This document shows positions 18,884 to 29,061 of a stretch of 64,000 bases of DNA, in pieces. Below the pieces are notes generated by a model that saw only the letters and a program-made list of their open reading frames with translations, had not been told where the DNA came from and did not search any database. The DNA lies in the NCBI GenBank assembly GCA_902526045.1, contig CABZJI010000001.1, positions 90,482 to 154,481 of the forward strand, in the 5' to 3' direction. The stretch is from an uncultured SAR86 cluster bacterium. GTDB lineage: Bacteria > Pseudomonadota > Gammaproteobacteria > Magnimaribacterales > AG-339-G14. Within the stretch, counting starts at the first letter, position 1; each line of letters begins with the position of its first letter. Position numbers and translations under genes: made by a program.

Positions 18884-20287
18884 TCAAGCAACTCCCATTT
18901 CCGCTTCCCATAGACTAATGGAATGATCGACTTTGTCCATCATCTCTTCTATTTGGGATTCATTTATGCACAAAGGTGGACTAATCATCAAAGGCAATCC
19001 TCTCTTGAATAGTGGCTCTCTTCTTCTGCCATACATAGTGCTATAAAAAACAAGACCGTTTTGCATAGCTATTGAATGAAAGGTTCCCTCAGCCCCTTTG
19101 TCGATGGAAAAGTATTCTCCGCTGTCTTTGTTTTCAACCATTTCTAAGACCCACATCAATCCCCAACCTCTCATATCTTTCACAGTAGGGTGAGAAAGAA
19201 GCATGTCTTTGTAAGATTCAATTTTTTTACCCATAGCTGCAGAATTCTCGATCAACTTGTCATCTTTATAAATATCGATAGCCATGGATGCGGCAGCGCA
19301 GGCAAGAGGATTTCCTGAGTTGGTGAAGCCATGAGCAAACACAGCATTGTTTTTAATGAATGCCTCATTGATTTCATCTGAAATGACAACGCCCCCCATA
19401 GGAACGTAACAGCCCGACATACCCTTTGCGATTGTCATAATATCGACTTCTACTCCAAAGTGTTCCATCGCAAACCATTTTCCGGTTCTACCAAAACCAG
19501 TTACTACTTCATCGGCTATCAAGAGCACGTTGTAATGATCACAAATTCTTCTAATTTCTTGCCAGTATTCTTTTGGGGGGACCACAGCGTATTCACTTCC
19601 ACAACCATGAGGAGTGGCGATATATGCGGCAACAGAATTTACCCCTTCAAAGTAAATAGCTTTTTCAAGTTCTTGAGCACACTTAATCCCCCAATCTTCT
19701 CTACTCATGCCTTCAGGTTTCTCATGATCTGAGTACTGATGGATGTGAGGCCATTTATTTAATATGGCACCGTATTTTTTTGCATAAGCAGGATTGCCGG
19801 ATAGTCCCTGAGTTGCCAGAGTCATACCGTGATAGCTTTGATAGTTAGAAATAATTTTATATTTATCGGTATTACCGTTGGTGACGTGATGTTCGCGAGC
19901 AACTTTAATAGCTGTTTCAACAGCTTCAGAACCTCCTGAAACAGGATAAACAGTGTTTAGTTTTGGCGGAGTTACTTCCTGCAATTTTGCTGAATAATTC
20001 GCTAGCGGACGATTTGCCATGGTTGGCGTTATATGTGAAAAAGCCTCCATTTGATCGGCAATAGCTTTCTTCATTCTTGGATCGTTGTGCGGCAGACTGA
20101 AGGCAAAAGGACCGCTTGTTACATCTATGTATTTATTATCGTTAACATCGAAATAGTGAATACCTTCTGATCTTTTTAATTCAACATCCATAGGATGATA
20201 AGAAAATATATTCGACCAATCTCCTTCAGGCTTCAAAGATTCCGGTCTGTTTTTTAATGAAATTTCCTCTTGTGATTTCATATTCAT
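18884..20287 (-). CDS. class III (omega) aminotransferase
   Basis: 467 aa. SGGSEAVE, LIADEVVTGFGRTG and the PLP-lysine region TIAKG. Confidence 0.85.
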   Translation of the reverse strand: MNMKSQEEISLKNRPESLKPEGDWSNIFSYHPMDVELKRSEGIHYFDVNDNKYIDVTSGPFAFSLPHNDPRMKKAIADQMEAFSHITPTMANRPLANYSAKLQEVTPPKLNTVYPVSGGSEAVETAIKVAREHHVTNGNTDKYKIISNYQSYHGMTLATQGLSGNPAYAKKYGAILNKWPHIHQYSDHEKPEGMSREDWGIKCAQELEKAIYFEGVNSVAAYIATPHGCGSEYAVVPPKEYWQEIRRICDHYNVLLIADEVVTGFGRTGKWFAMEHFGVEVDIMTIAKGMSGCYVPMGGVVISDEINEAFIKNNAVFAHGFTNSGNPLACAAASMAIDIYKDDKLIENSAAMGKKIESYKDMLLSHPTVKDMRGWGLMWVLEMVENKDSGEYFSIDKGAEGTFHSIAMQNGLVFYSTMYGRRREPLFKRGLPLMISPPLCINESQIEEMMDKVDHSISLWEAEMGVA

Positions 20288-20376
20288 CTCCCTTCTATTT
20301 ATTTTTACGACCCCGAGTTTTCATCTCCTCTTTAATATAACAGCTTTAGTCTGGCCGTAAAATTTTTAGAAGTATT

Positions 20377-21258
20377 TTAGGTACTTACTCCCTCAGTTAT
20401 TTCGTCAATAACGGGTGGAGAATCAGGTGGAGAAAATTCTCTTGGACATCCAAATAATCTCTCACAAGGAAGTTCTTTCCCCATTTCTATTGGATAGTTC
20501 TCGCTTAGTATATCTCTAACTTTACCCGTCCAAATAGCATAACCCCTTGGATTCATATGCAACATGTCAGGAATATAAAGCTCTCTTCTCGGTTTTCCGT
20601 CTTCCGTAAACATGGTTTCAGAGACATTAATGACAAAAAGACCAGGATCTTCTTTTGCAAGATCTTCAATGTGATCGTTCCATTTAAGTTGGAGGTTTCT
20701 TTGAAAAAAACGACTTGGGGATGGTTGGATCTCGATAACAAAAAGTTTGGTATTGGGTAAATCACGCTTCACTCGATTATAAAAGATTTCAAAATCAAGT
20801 TTCACTTTTTCCACCGGGTTGTACGCTGCTATGTCGTTGGTGCCACAAAAAAAGATTATAGCTTTCGGTTCGTAAGGCAAAACAATCGATTCAAAATGCC
20901 TATTAATATGCTTGATATGGGCACCGCCAAAACCCCTATTGATAACTTCTAAGGGCGCCATATCCTCTGACAAAGATTTCCAAAGTCTTATCGATGAGCT
21001 ACCAATAAAAAGAAACTTATTTTTATCTGGAGGAGAAATTTGATCTTGAGCAACAAATGAATTGATATCTTCATCAAATTTTTCTATGTCATTGGAGTTA
21101 TAAGATTTTAGTCTTTCAATCCACATTTCTAGCTCTTCTTCGGTCAACTGATAGCCCATTGACTTTGCGGTCTCTCTTATAGTTTTGGCATACTGGCTGT
21201 CCTCATCGCTGAACAATGACGATGACATCAGAATAAAGAAGATTAAAAAAATTTTCAT
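20377..21258 (-). CDS. secreted SGNH/GDSL hydrolase
   Basis: 293 aa. Signal peptide, block I FIGSSS, block II GFGG, block III GTND, and a block V His region. Confidence 0.7.
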   Translation of the reverse strand: MKIFLIFFILMSSSLFSDEDSQYAKTIRETAKSMGYQLTEEELEMWIERLKSYNSNDIEKFDEDINSFVAQDQISPPDKNKFLFIGSSSIRLWKSLSEDMAPLEVINRGFGGAHIKHINRHFESIVLPYEPKAIIFFCGTNDIAAYNPVEKVKLDFEIFYNRVKRDLPNTKLFVIEIQPSPSRFFQRNLQLKWNDHIEDLAKEDPGLFVINVSETMFTEDGKPRRELYIPDMLHMNPRGYAIWTGKVRDILSENYPIEMGKELPCERLFGCPREFSPPDSPPVIDEITEGVST

Positions 21259-21301
21259 ATCTCTTATATATTTTGCACTAAAAATGATATCTTAGACCGT
21301 T

Positions 21302-21682
21302 ATGACAGACAAAATAATCCTCACATTTATTGGCCTGGAATGGCTTATTTTTGGATTAATTGGATTAATCAGCCCAGTTTACATAGCTTCTTTATTGGAT
21401 ATGCAGTTAGGCTCTTCCATTGGCTACAGTGAGCTTAGGGCAATGTATGCATTTTTAACATGCTTGGGTTTTACTGCTCTATTTAGTTTATGGAATGTAA
21501 AGCTTAAAAAGACCGCCTACCTATTATTTTGTATTGTTCTTGGGTGCTTCTTAATTGGAAGAGTTATAAGTTTTATTTTTGATGGTGCGCCCACACAAGG
21601 GGGTATCATTATTTTTATAAATGAACTTATTGTTTATGCTCTTGTGATGTGGAGATACAGAAAAAGAGAAGTTCTTTTTTAG
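21302..21682 (+). CDS. small 4-TM membrane protein (DUF4345-like)
   Basis: 126 aa with four hydrophobic segments. The family call rests on size and topology only. Confidence 0.35.
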   Translation: MTDKIILTFIGLEWLIFGLIGLISPVYIASLLDMQLGSSIGYSELRAMYAFLTCLGFTALFSLWNVKLKKTAYLLFCIVLGCFLIGRVISFIFDGAPTQGGIIIFINELIVYALVMWRYRKREVLF

Positions 21683-23373
21683 ATTTAATTGGGGGGTTTA
21701 TTTTGCGGTTTTTTATTGTAATTTTTACTATTTTTCTTTTTGGGTGTAACTTTTCTAGTGGAAAAGATACCGAAATCATAAATCTTCCCCAAGGAGATTT
21801 AGTTGGTTTTACGGACGGTGATACTGATTATTTTTTAGGCATTCCATATGCCGAACCTCCAATTGGAGCTAACAGATTTGAACCGCCTAAATCTCACAAG
21901 GGTTGGAAGAATATCTTGGATGCAAAAGAAGCACAAAAGCAGTGTATGCAGCCTCAAGGCGAAGAAGGTGAGTTGAGTGAATTTTTTGAGATTTTTCTTA
22001 CAAAATCTGGAATGAAGTGGTGGGAACAAGTCATTTTAGAAAACGCTGCCTGGCTTTTCGCAAGTTTAGATTTTGAGAAACAACAATCCGAAGATTGCTT
22101 ATTCATCAACATCATGAAGCCATCAGAGAAAGAAAACGGTTCGTTACCAGTTATGGTTTGGTTCCACGGAGGTGGTTATAACTTTGGTAATGGTGATGGG
22201 CTATACATAACAGATAGATTCGCTAAGCGTGGTGTTATCTTGGTGACAATGAACTACCGTTTAGGTCCATTTGGATTTTTTGCGCATCCATTACTATCAG
22301 ACGCATCAAAAATGGGTGTCTCAGGGAATTATGGAACCTTAGATCAAATCCAGGCCTTGAAATGGGTACAGACCAACATACATCTTTTTGGAGGTGATCC
22401 TGATAACGTAACTATTTTTGGTGAGTCGGCCGGAGGTGCAAGTGTTGAAACTTTGGTAGCAACAAAACTAGCAAAAGATCTTTTTCATAAAGCTATAGCT
22501 CAGAGCGGATACACAGTTGGACGAGCCAGAAATATCAATGAACAAAAAGGAGATTTGATTTCTGCAGAATCGCTTGGAGAAAAGTTTTTTCGCTCTATTT
22601 CAGGAATAGAAAGTCCTTCCATTGAGGATATTAAAAATCTACCAGCAGATCTTTTTTTTGAGACTGAAAAATTTGAAAAGGAAAATAACAGCGAACAGGC
22701 TGGATGGTTTCCTATCGAAGATAAATGGGTCTTTGACTCGCCTACACAAATTAGCTTTTCGGAAGGCAGAACCAATGATGTTATTTACATCGCTGGTTTT
22801 AATGCTAATGAAGGCACCAATTTATCCCCTTTTGTTTTTGGTGAAAAACTTAATGAGGATGATTGGATTGCACAAACTTGGGGGTTAAGTGACTTCTCTT
22901 ATCTTCCTTTGCCTGAAGGTGTGCAAATATATGGAGAAGGTCTTGAATATTCTAATGAACGATCTGCAAATGAGTTATGGGGTGATTTAGCATTTGGTGG
23001 AGATGGCTTTTTTATGGTCAATCAGTTTGCTTCTAATGGTGGGGAGGCTTATTTATATTATTTCGAAAAAGGACCTTCATCGGATACCCAAACCCTTGAT
23101 GCGGCGCACGGATTAGAATTGTTTTATCTTTTCGATAACATAGTTCCGTTTTGGCCCTGGAAAGAAATAGATGATGAAATAAGAGATACCATGCTCGGAG
23201 ATTGGACCGATATTGCAAAATATGGAAAACCAAGAGATGAATGGCAAAAGTTTGATCCGATAAATCCAAAGGCTATGCATTATGGCGAAAGCATTGATTT
23301 CAAAACTCCTGAAAAACTCTCTCTTTACAAGAGTTTAGAAAAGGTTTATCTCGAAGAAGGGAAAAATTTCTAG
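21649..23373 (+). CDS. carboxylesterase type B, probable lipoprotein
   Basis: WFHGGG oxyanion motif and FGESAGG nucleophile elbow. Lipobox LFGC near the N-terminus. An alternative TTG start at 21703 is preceded by GGGGGG. Confidence 0.8.
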   Translation: MEIQKKRSSFLDLIGGFILRFFIVIFTIFLFGCNFSSGKDTEIINLPQGDLVGFTDGDTDYFLGIPYAEPPIGANRFEPPKSHKGWKNILDAKEAQKQCMQPQGEEGELSEFFEIFLTKSGMKWWEQVILENAAWLFASLDFEKQQSEDCLFINIMKPSEKENGSLPVMVWFHGGGYNFGNGDGLYITDRFAKRGVILVTMNYRLGPFGFFAHPLLSDASKMGVSGNYGTLDQIQALKWVQTNIHLFGGDPDNVTIFGESAGGASVETLVATKLAKDLFHKAIAQSGYTVGRARNINEQKGDLISAESLGEKFFRSISGIESPSIEDIKNLPADLFFETEKFEKENNSEQAGWFPIEDKWVFDSPTQISFSEGRTNDVIYIAGFNANEGTNLSPFVFGEKLNEDDWIAQTWGLSDFSYLPLPEGVQIYGEGLEYSNERSANELWGDLAFGGDGFFMVNQFASNGGEAYLYYFEKGPSSDTQTLDAAHGLELFYLFDNIVPFWPWKEIDDEIRDTMLGDWTDIAKYGKPRDEWQKFDPINPKAMHYGESIDFKTPEKLSLYKSLEKVYLEEGKNF

Positions 23374-24311
23374 AGTAAGTGCTTTTTCATAAACGATAGC
23401 GCTTGGTCCATAGCATCCCTTCTTATCGACCAATCTCCGCCTGAGTGAGCGCCAAACTTTATCTCGCCGGTTTCAAATATTTTAACCCTATCATCAAAAG
23501 AATTAGCACTCATGGCTTTTCCCTCATCAGTCACGAAAGTAATACTTCCATCGTTTTTTAACTGGGCAAATTTTTCATTTATTGCCAGTGCCTCCGGCCA
23601 AAAAGTAACTGGATGAATAGAGTCAAAAGAGTGGTGACCTTTTTTGAATTCGCACACCTCAACATTCGCACCGGCCTTTTTCATTTCTTTGCAAATATCT
23701 TTGACAAGAATCCCAGGCGTATAGTCATCATCTGAACCAATTAAATTTAAAATTGGTGCCTTGGACCATCGATGTTCATCCGGATTCAAGAACGTTGGCG
23801 GATAAAATGGTAAGTGAGCGCAAAATCTCTCTCCGTTTGGTGCAAGCTTCTCCATTATGGGTTCCCATGCTGCATAGAAAGCTACCATGCCGCCTAAACT
23901 CCAACCGGTAATTGCGATTTTTCTTGCATCTAGATCAGGATGTCTTGATAAGAATTTCAAAGGTTCGACCACATCAACCATCATCATTGCCGTTGTGACA
24001 GAAAGTTGATCTTCAACCGTGGAAGCAACCCCTCTTGAATCAAAACTGTGTGCTTTAAAAACAGCCATTCCATTATTAAGAAAATTGAGGATGTGTTCAT
24101 GATGATGACCGGCCCAATTATCGCTTCCGTGTGCACAAACTACTACTGGGTATGGTTTTTTACCTTTTTCCGGAAAAATTAACCAACCAAAACTATCTTG
24201 AGTTTCAGCTTCATCTAATTCATTAAATATTTGATAAAACTCATAGGGATTCTTGGATTTATATTCAATGTATCCGAATTCGTTTTCTTTGAAGTTGATC
24301 GTTTCGTTCAC
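23370..24311 (-). CDS. alpha/beta hydrolase (dienelactone hydrolase-like)
   Basis: 313 aa. GWSLGG nucleophile elbow and a C-terminal H in KKGHHSF. Its stop overlaps the esterase stop in the palindrome CTAG. Confidence 0.7.
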   Translation of the reverse strand: MNETINFKENEFGYIEYKSKNPYEFYQIFNELDEAETQDSFGWLIFPEKGKKPYPVVVCAHGSDNWAGHHHEHILNFLNNGMAVFKAHSFDSRGVASTVEDQLSVTTAMMMVDVVEPLKFLSRHPDLDARKIAITGWSLGGMVAFYAAWEPIMEKLAPNGERFCAHLPFYPPTFLNPDEHRWSKAPILNLIGSDDDYTPGILVKDICKEMKKAGANVEVCEFKKGHHSFDSIHPVTFWPEALAINEKFAQLKNDGSITFVTDEGKAMSANSFDDRVKIFETGEIKFGAHSGGDWSIRRDAMDQALSFMKKHLL

Positions 24312-24400
24312 GCCTTATAATTATTGAGAATAATTCTTATTTGATGATTATATTTACCTTATAAAGTGTCATAATATGCAACCGAACTTTGAACAGCTGA

Positions 24401-25924
24401 ATGAATCATAATATTCCGATTGATAATCTTATAGAAATTGCCCTCAATAACAAGGAAGGTATTACTGCGTCTAATGGAGCCTTAGTAGTTACCACCGGCA
24501 AAAGAACAGGACGGAGCCCCAAAGATAAATTTATAGTTGAAGACTCAGTCACCAGAGATGTGGTTGATTGGAGTGAGAATAATCAGCCTGTTGAATCTGA
24601 AAAGTTTGATCGACTTTGGAATGAATCACAGGACTATCTAAAGGGAAAAGAGACATACACTGCCGATCTTCATGTAGGAGCAAGTGCTGAACATTATCAA
24701 CCCGTTGTGGTTGAAAATGAGCTTGCTTGGCACAACGTCTTTTGTCAGAGCTTGCTAATCAGACCAGAGTCTTTTAATCCCAAAGAAAAAGACTTATGGA
24801 ATATGAGATGTGTTCCAAGCTTTATCTGTGATCCGAAAGTCCACGGTACTAATTCAGAAGGAACAGTGATGATTAATTTTTCTGAGAAAAAAGTTCTTAT
24901 TCTCGGTATTGCTTATGCTGGAGAGATGAAGAAATCAATGTTTGGAGTTTTAAATTTTATCTTGCCTGAGCATGATGTCTTACCTATGCATTGCGCTGCC
25001 AACGCTGGAGAAAATGGGGATGTTTCTCTTTTTTTTGGTCTCTCTGGAACAGGCAAAACTACACTTTCTGCTGATCCAAGTCGTTGGTTGATTGGCGATG
25101 ATGAGCATGGTTGGGGCGAAGGAATTGTCTTTAATTTTGAAGGCGGATGTTATGCAAAAACTGTAAATCTTTCGCAGAAGAATGAGCCTATTATTTGGGA
25201 TGCTATCAAAAGAGGTTCCGTGGTCGAGAACGTTGTGCTTAAACCAAATACCATTGATATTGATTATGCTAATCAGTCCATCACTGAAAATACTAGAGCT
25301 GTATACCCCCTTTCACATGTAGACTGTCACTTAAAAGATAATTTTGCCGGCGAACCAAATGCAATAATCTTTCTAACTTGCGATCTAACTGGGGTACTCC
25401 CGCCAGTCTCCATTTTGAGTAAAGAAGCCGCTGCTTATCATTTTCTGAGCGGTTATACGGCAAAAGTTGGTTCTACTGAGATTGGTTCTACTAAAGATCT
25501 TGATTCAACTTTCTCTCACTGTTTTGGTTCTCCGTTTTTCCCAAGACCTCCAAGAGTTTATGCTGAACTTTTAATGAAAAGAATTGAAAGTTTTGGCAGC
25601 AAAGTATTCATTGTTAATTCTGGATGGACCGGAGGTCCATACGGTATTGGCAACAGATTTGACATTCCCGTAACTAGGAGTGTCGTAAAAGCTATTCAAG
25701 ATGGTTCTATCCATGAGTCATCTACAGAAATGCTTGATATCATGAATGTTGAAATACCTATCAAACTTGATGGTGTAGATCCAAATCTTTTAAATCCGTC
25801 TGCTACGTGGGGAAGTAAATCAGATTACAATAATGAAGCAAAACAACTTGCTGAAAAATTCAGAAATAATATAGAAAAATTTAATCTCTCATCCGAAGTA
25901 GTAGCAGCTGGTCCAAAGGTATAA
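24401..25924 (+). CDS. pckA: phosphoenolpyruvate carboxykinase (ATP)
   Basis: 507 aa. Kinase-1a GLSGTGKTTLS, GRSPKDKF and IGDDEHGW motifs. Confidence 0.92.
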   Translation: MNHNIPIDNLIEIALNNKEGITASNGALVVTTGKRTGRSPKDKFIVEDSVTRDVVDWSENNQPVESEKFDRLWNESQDYLKGKETYTADLHVGASAEHYQPVVVENELAWHNVFCQSLLIRPESFNPKEKDLWNMRCVPSFICDPKVHGTNSEGTVMINFSEKKVLILGIAYAGEMKKSMFGVLNFILPEHDVLPMHCAANAGENGDVSLFFGLSGTGKTTLSADPSRWLIGDDEHGWGEGIVFNFEGGCYAKTVNLSQKNEPIIWDAIKRGSVVENVVLKPNTIDIDYANQSITENTRAVYPLSHVDCHLKDNFAGEPNAIIFLTCDLTGVLPPVSILSKEAAAYHFLSGYTAKVGSTEIGSTKDLDSTFSHCFGSPFFPRPPRVYAELLMKRIESFGSKVFIVNSGWTGGPYGIGNRFDIPVTRSVVKAIQDGSIHESSTEMLDIMNVEIPIKLDGVDPNLLNPSATWGSKSDYNNEAKQLAEKFRNNIEKFNLSSEVVAAGPKV

Positions 25925-25936
25925 TCTTTACCTGCA

Positions 25937-27487
25937 ATGTCCAACGAATTTCTTAATTCTCTAGAAAATCTAGACTTATTAAATGTATCTGACTTCATAA
26001 AACTCTCTAGGAGGGGTATTGAAAAAGAGAATTTAAGGTCTAGTAACTGCTCCATATCAATGGATCCTCATCCTAAAGCTTACGGCTCATCTTTAACAAA
26101 TTCTCGAATTACCACTGATTTTTCAGAGGCCTTAATTGAGCTCGTTACCAGCCCGAATGGAGATTTAAATAGCTGCCTTAGAGAATTAGAAGATATTGTC
26201 TATTTTTGTTTGAAGAACACTAATGAAGATTTTTGGCCCGCGAGCATTCCCATGTCAATCGAAGATGAATCTGAAATACCAATAGCAGATTACGGACAGT
26301 CTAATTCTGGGAAGTTGAAAAAGCTCTATCGTATTGGTCTTTCGCAAAGATACGGAAGCATGATGCAAACTGTGTCTGGCATACATTATAATTTTTCTTT
26401 TGATGATCATCTTTTTCAAGAATGGGCAAAAAGGGAAGGACAAACTTTAAGAGATTTTAAAGATAAGAAATATTTAAGCTTGGTCAGGAACTTCCGAAGA
26501 AATGCATGGCTTATTACTTATCTATTTGGGTGTAGTCCCATAGTTCCTAAAGCCTTTGCAACAGAGAGAGAACATAACCTCAAAGAATTAAACTCAAAGG
26601 ACCTTTATTTAGAAAATGCCACTTGCTTAAGAATGGGTGAATTAGGCTACATATCTAAATCTCAAGATAATTTGAATATTGCCTATAATAATCTAAGTGA
26701 ATATTTAGCAGATTTAAAAAAAGCTTTAACGACCGATCATCCTAGATACAAAGCTTTAGGTACAAAAGATGACGAGGAATACATCCAACTAAATACCGCG
26801 ATAATTCAAATTGAAAATGAGTACTACAGCTCCATCAGACCTAAAAGGATAGTAGGCAGTGGAGAAAGGCCTATTAATGCTCTAAGAGAAAAAGGCATAG
26901 AGTATGTAGAAATAAGAGCCTTAGATAATAATATTTATGATCCATATGGCATCTCAGATGAAACGGCCATCTTTTTGGAAAGTTTTCTCTTTTATTGTTT
27001 GCTCTCAGAAGATCAACCTTGTGAACAAGATGAAATAAAAAAAATTCAAAGTAACTGGGGTAATGTTGTTCTGTTCGGCAGAGATAAAAACCTTAAATTG
27101 GATTTCAAAGACGGCTCAGCTTTCTTAAGAGATCAGGCAGCAAGAATTATCAATGAGATGGCTAACCTTGAAACACGAATAGGTAATCAAGAGTATAAAG
27201 CTATCTTCAAGAGATCCTTAGAAACACAACAAAATAAGGTAAACAATTCAGATAAAACTCCATCTGGGAAACTTCTAGAAGAAATAACTTCGTCTGGAAT
27301 GACTTGGGATGAATATACTGATCAACTTGCGAAGAATCATAAAGAAGAGATACTAAAATTAAATAGAGAAGTAGGCTATTTGGAAAAGCAGGCAAGAGAT
27401 TCTTTAGAAGAGTATCGTCGAAAGGAGTCTGAGGAAGAGAAAGATTTTGATTCTTTCCTGGCAGAGTACCTATCTGCGATTGAATAA
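25937..27487 (+). CDS. gshA: glutamate--cysteine ligase (E. coli type)
   Basis: 516 aa. RGIEKE, TDFSEALIELVT, MQTVSGIHYNFS and YVEIRALD match type-1 GshA. Confidence 0.9.
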   Translation: MSNEFLNSLENLDLLNVSDFIKLSRRGIEKENLRSSNCSISMDPHPKAYGSSLTNSRITTDFSEALIELVTSPNGDLNSCLRELEDIVYFCLKNTNEDFWPASIPMSIEDESEIPIADYGQSNSGKLKKLYRIGLSQRYGSMMQTVSGIHYNFSFDDHLFQEWAKREGQTLRDFKDKKYLSLVRNFRRNAWLITYLFGCSPIVPKAFATEREHNLKELNSKDLYLENATCLRMGELGYISKSQDNLNIAYNNLSEYLADLKKALTTDHPRYKALGTKDDEEYIQLNTAIIQIENEYYSSIRPKRIVGSGERPINALREKGIEYVEIRALDNNIYDPYGISDETAIFLESFLFYCLLSEDQPCEQDEIKKIQSNWGNVVLFGRDKNLKLDFKDGSAFLRDQAARIINEMANLETRIGNQEYKAIFKRSLETQQNKVNNSDKTPSGKLLEEITSSGMTWDEYTDQLAKNHKEEILKLNREVGYLEKQARDSLEEYRRKESEEEKDFDSFLAEYLSAIE

Positions 27488-27522
27488 GGCAAAATATAAT
27501 GTAAGTTTGATTGGAGAGAATT

Positions 27523-28512
27523 ATGAAAGCTTTTGTTTGTAACGAATTTGGACCTGTGGACATTCATAAGGTAGAAGAAGTAAGTGATCCAGAATTATTG
27601 GATGGTCAAGTATTGATTGATGTAAAAGCAGCAGGCGTAAGTTTTCCGGAGGTGTTAATAGTTCAAGGATTGTATCAGTTCAAACCTCCTTTCCCTTTTA
27701 CGCCCGGTGGAGAAGTTGCAGGAATAATAAGTAAAGTAGGTGACGGTGTCGAGGATTATAAGGAAGGTGATAGGGTCATTGCGATGTGCGGAACTGGAGC
27801 TATGGCTGAGAAAGTTGCTTCTTCTGCAGCCTCGCTAACAAAACTACCAGAATCAATGAGCTTCGCTGAGGGGGCTGCTTTTCCTATGAATTACGGAACA
27901 ACAATTCATGGCCTCAAACAGAGAGCAAATCTTCAAGAAGGTGAAACCTTAATGGTTTCTGGAGCTGCCGGAGGCCTTGGAATCACTGCTATTCATGTAG
28001 GTAAAGCGATGGGTGCAAAAGTAATTGCAACGGCATCTTCAGAAGAAAAATTAGAAATTTGTAAGCAAGAAGGCGCTGACGAAGTAGTTTTGTATCCCAG
28101 GGACATGGATAAGGACAAGCAAAAAGAATTTTCGAATAATCTGAAGGCTGTTGCTCCAAGTGGTATCGATGTAATTTATGATATCGTCGGTGGAGATTAT
28201 GCCGAACCTTCTTTAAGAGCTATAGCAAGAAACGGTAGATATCTAGTCATTGGATTTACGGCAGGCATACCAAAGATGCCTTTAAATTTAACGCTCCTAA
28301 AAGAATGTCAGATTGTAGGTGTATTTTGGGGACAATTTCAAGGTTTAGAACCAGAGGTAAACAGACAAAACTTTGATGATTGTTTTGAAATGGTGACCAG
28401 TGGAAAATTTAAACCGTTAGTTTCAAGTACTTATAGGATCGAAGATTCGGTAGAAGCTTTGAAATTTATTCAAAATAGAAAAGCAACTGGAAAAGTTATT
28501 GTTGAAATTTAA
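27523..28512 (+). CDS. NADPH:quinone oxidoreductase / zeta-crystallin-like MDR
   Basis: MKAFV.. start at ATG 27523 is preceded by GGAGAG; the listed 27511 start is an upstream TTG. GAAGGLG nucleotide motif, C-terminal GKVIVEI. Confidence 0.85.
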   Translation: MKAFVCNEFGPVDIHKVEEVSDPELLDGQVLIDVKAAGVSFPEVLIVQGLYQFKPPFPFTPGGEVAGIISKVGDGVEDYKEGDRVIAMCGTGAMAEKVASSAASLTKLPESMSFAEGAAFPMNYGTTIHGLKQRANLQEGETLMVSGAAGGLGITAIHVGKAMGAKVIATASSEEKLEICKQEGADEVVLYPRDMDKDKQKEFSNNLKAVAPSGIDVIYDIVGGDYAEPSLRAIARNGRYLVIGFTAGIPKMPLNLTLLKECQIVGVFWGQFQGLEPEVNRQNFDDCFEMVTSGKFKPLVSSTYRIEDSVEALKFIQNRKATGKVIVEI

Positions 28513-28540
28513 AAAAAGGGGGCTTTTGCCCCCTTTTTTA
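28511..28540. terminator. bidirectional rho-independent terminator
   Basis: A7-GGGGGC-tttt-GCCCCC-T6 between the convergent qor-like gene (stop 28512) and paralog A (stop 28548). Confidence 0.85.
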
Positions 28541-28547
28541 TAATACG

Positions 28548-28958
28548 TTAGTCAGAGCTATTGTTTATCCATAGTGGCAGGATAATATAGAGCCCTAGAA
28601 TCACCCAAAATAAAGTAATAAAAGGGTCTCCAATCAATGAGTAAGTTGGTTCCCCTTCGCCAGCGAAGAAAGCTATAAAGCTATCAAACCTTCCGGAAGG
28701 TTCTTCAACCTGACTTAATGCATAAGCTGTTCCCGCCGTTGTCCAATCGGTAAAGGCTTGTTGAACAATGCCAAAATAAACGATTAGAAGTCCGAAAACG
28801 GTTGTGACCAGTTTTGTAAACAAGTTCGCGTTTCCAGAATTTACTAGATTTAAAGTAACTCTCGCTGCAAACCAAGCAGCAAAGAAGGTAAATAATGTAA
28901 ATATCCCTCTGCTTACCAAAGCAAGCTGATAAGACGACCATATTTCATATTCATTCAT
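28548..28958 (-). CDS. small three-TM membrane protein, paralog A of an unrecognised family
   Basis: I prefer the ATG at 28958 (MNEYEIW.., 136 aa), preceded by GGGAGA, over the listed TTG at 28985. It shares the W-x3-R, G-x5-K-[LIV]-[LV] and LI[GP]x[DN]P motifs with the two neighbouring ORFs. Confidence 0.65.
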   Translation of the reverse strand: MNEYEIWSSYQLALVSRGIFTLFTFFAAWFAARVTLNLVNSGNANLFTKLVTTVFGLLIVYFGIVQQAFTDWTTAGTAYALSQVEEPSGRFDSFIAFFAGEGEPTYSLIGDPFITLFWVILGLYIILPLWINNSSD

Positions 28959-29020
28959 ATTTTCTCCCATGTTTAATGAATTCAATCTATATGTTATTTG
29001 AAATTATTGGTTCTTGAAAT

Positions 29021-29050
29021 AAAAAAAGGAGGCGTGCGCCTCCTTTTTTT
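29021..29050 (-). terminator. rho-independent terminator of paralog B
   Basis: A7-GGAGGC-gtgc-GCCTCC-T7, 12 nt downstream of the paralog B stop. Its symmetric A/T arms would let it work in both directions. Confidence 0.85.
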
Positions 29051-29061
29051 CTAAATATTAC

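Noticed and set aside
24321-24350. Fur-box-like / palindromic AT-rich sequence (AGAATAATTCT at 24327-24337, then TGATGATTAT) upstream of pckA.
   Set aside because: It matches the Fur consensus at only about 10/19. An 11-bp palindrome in AT-rich DNA is expected by chance, and there is no iron-related gene context.
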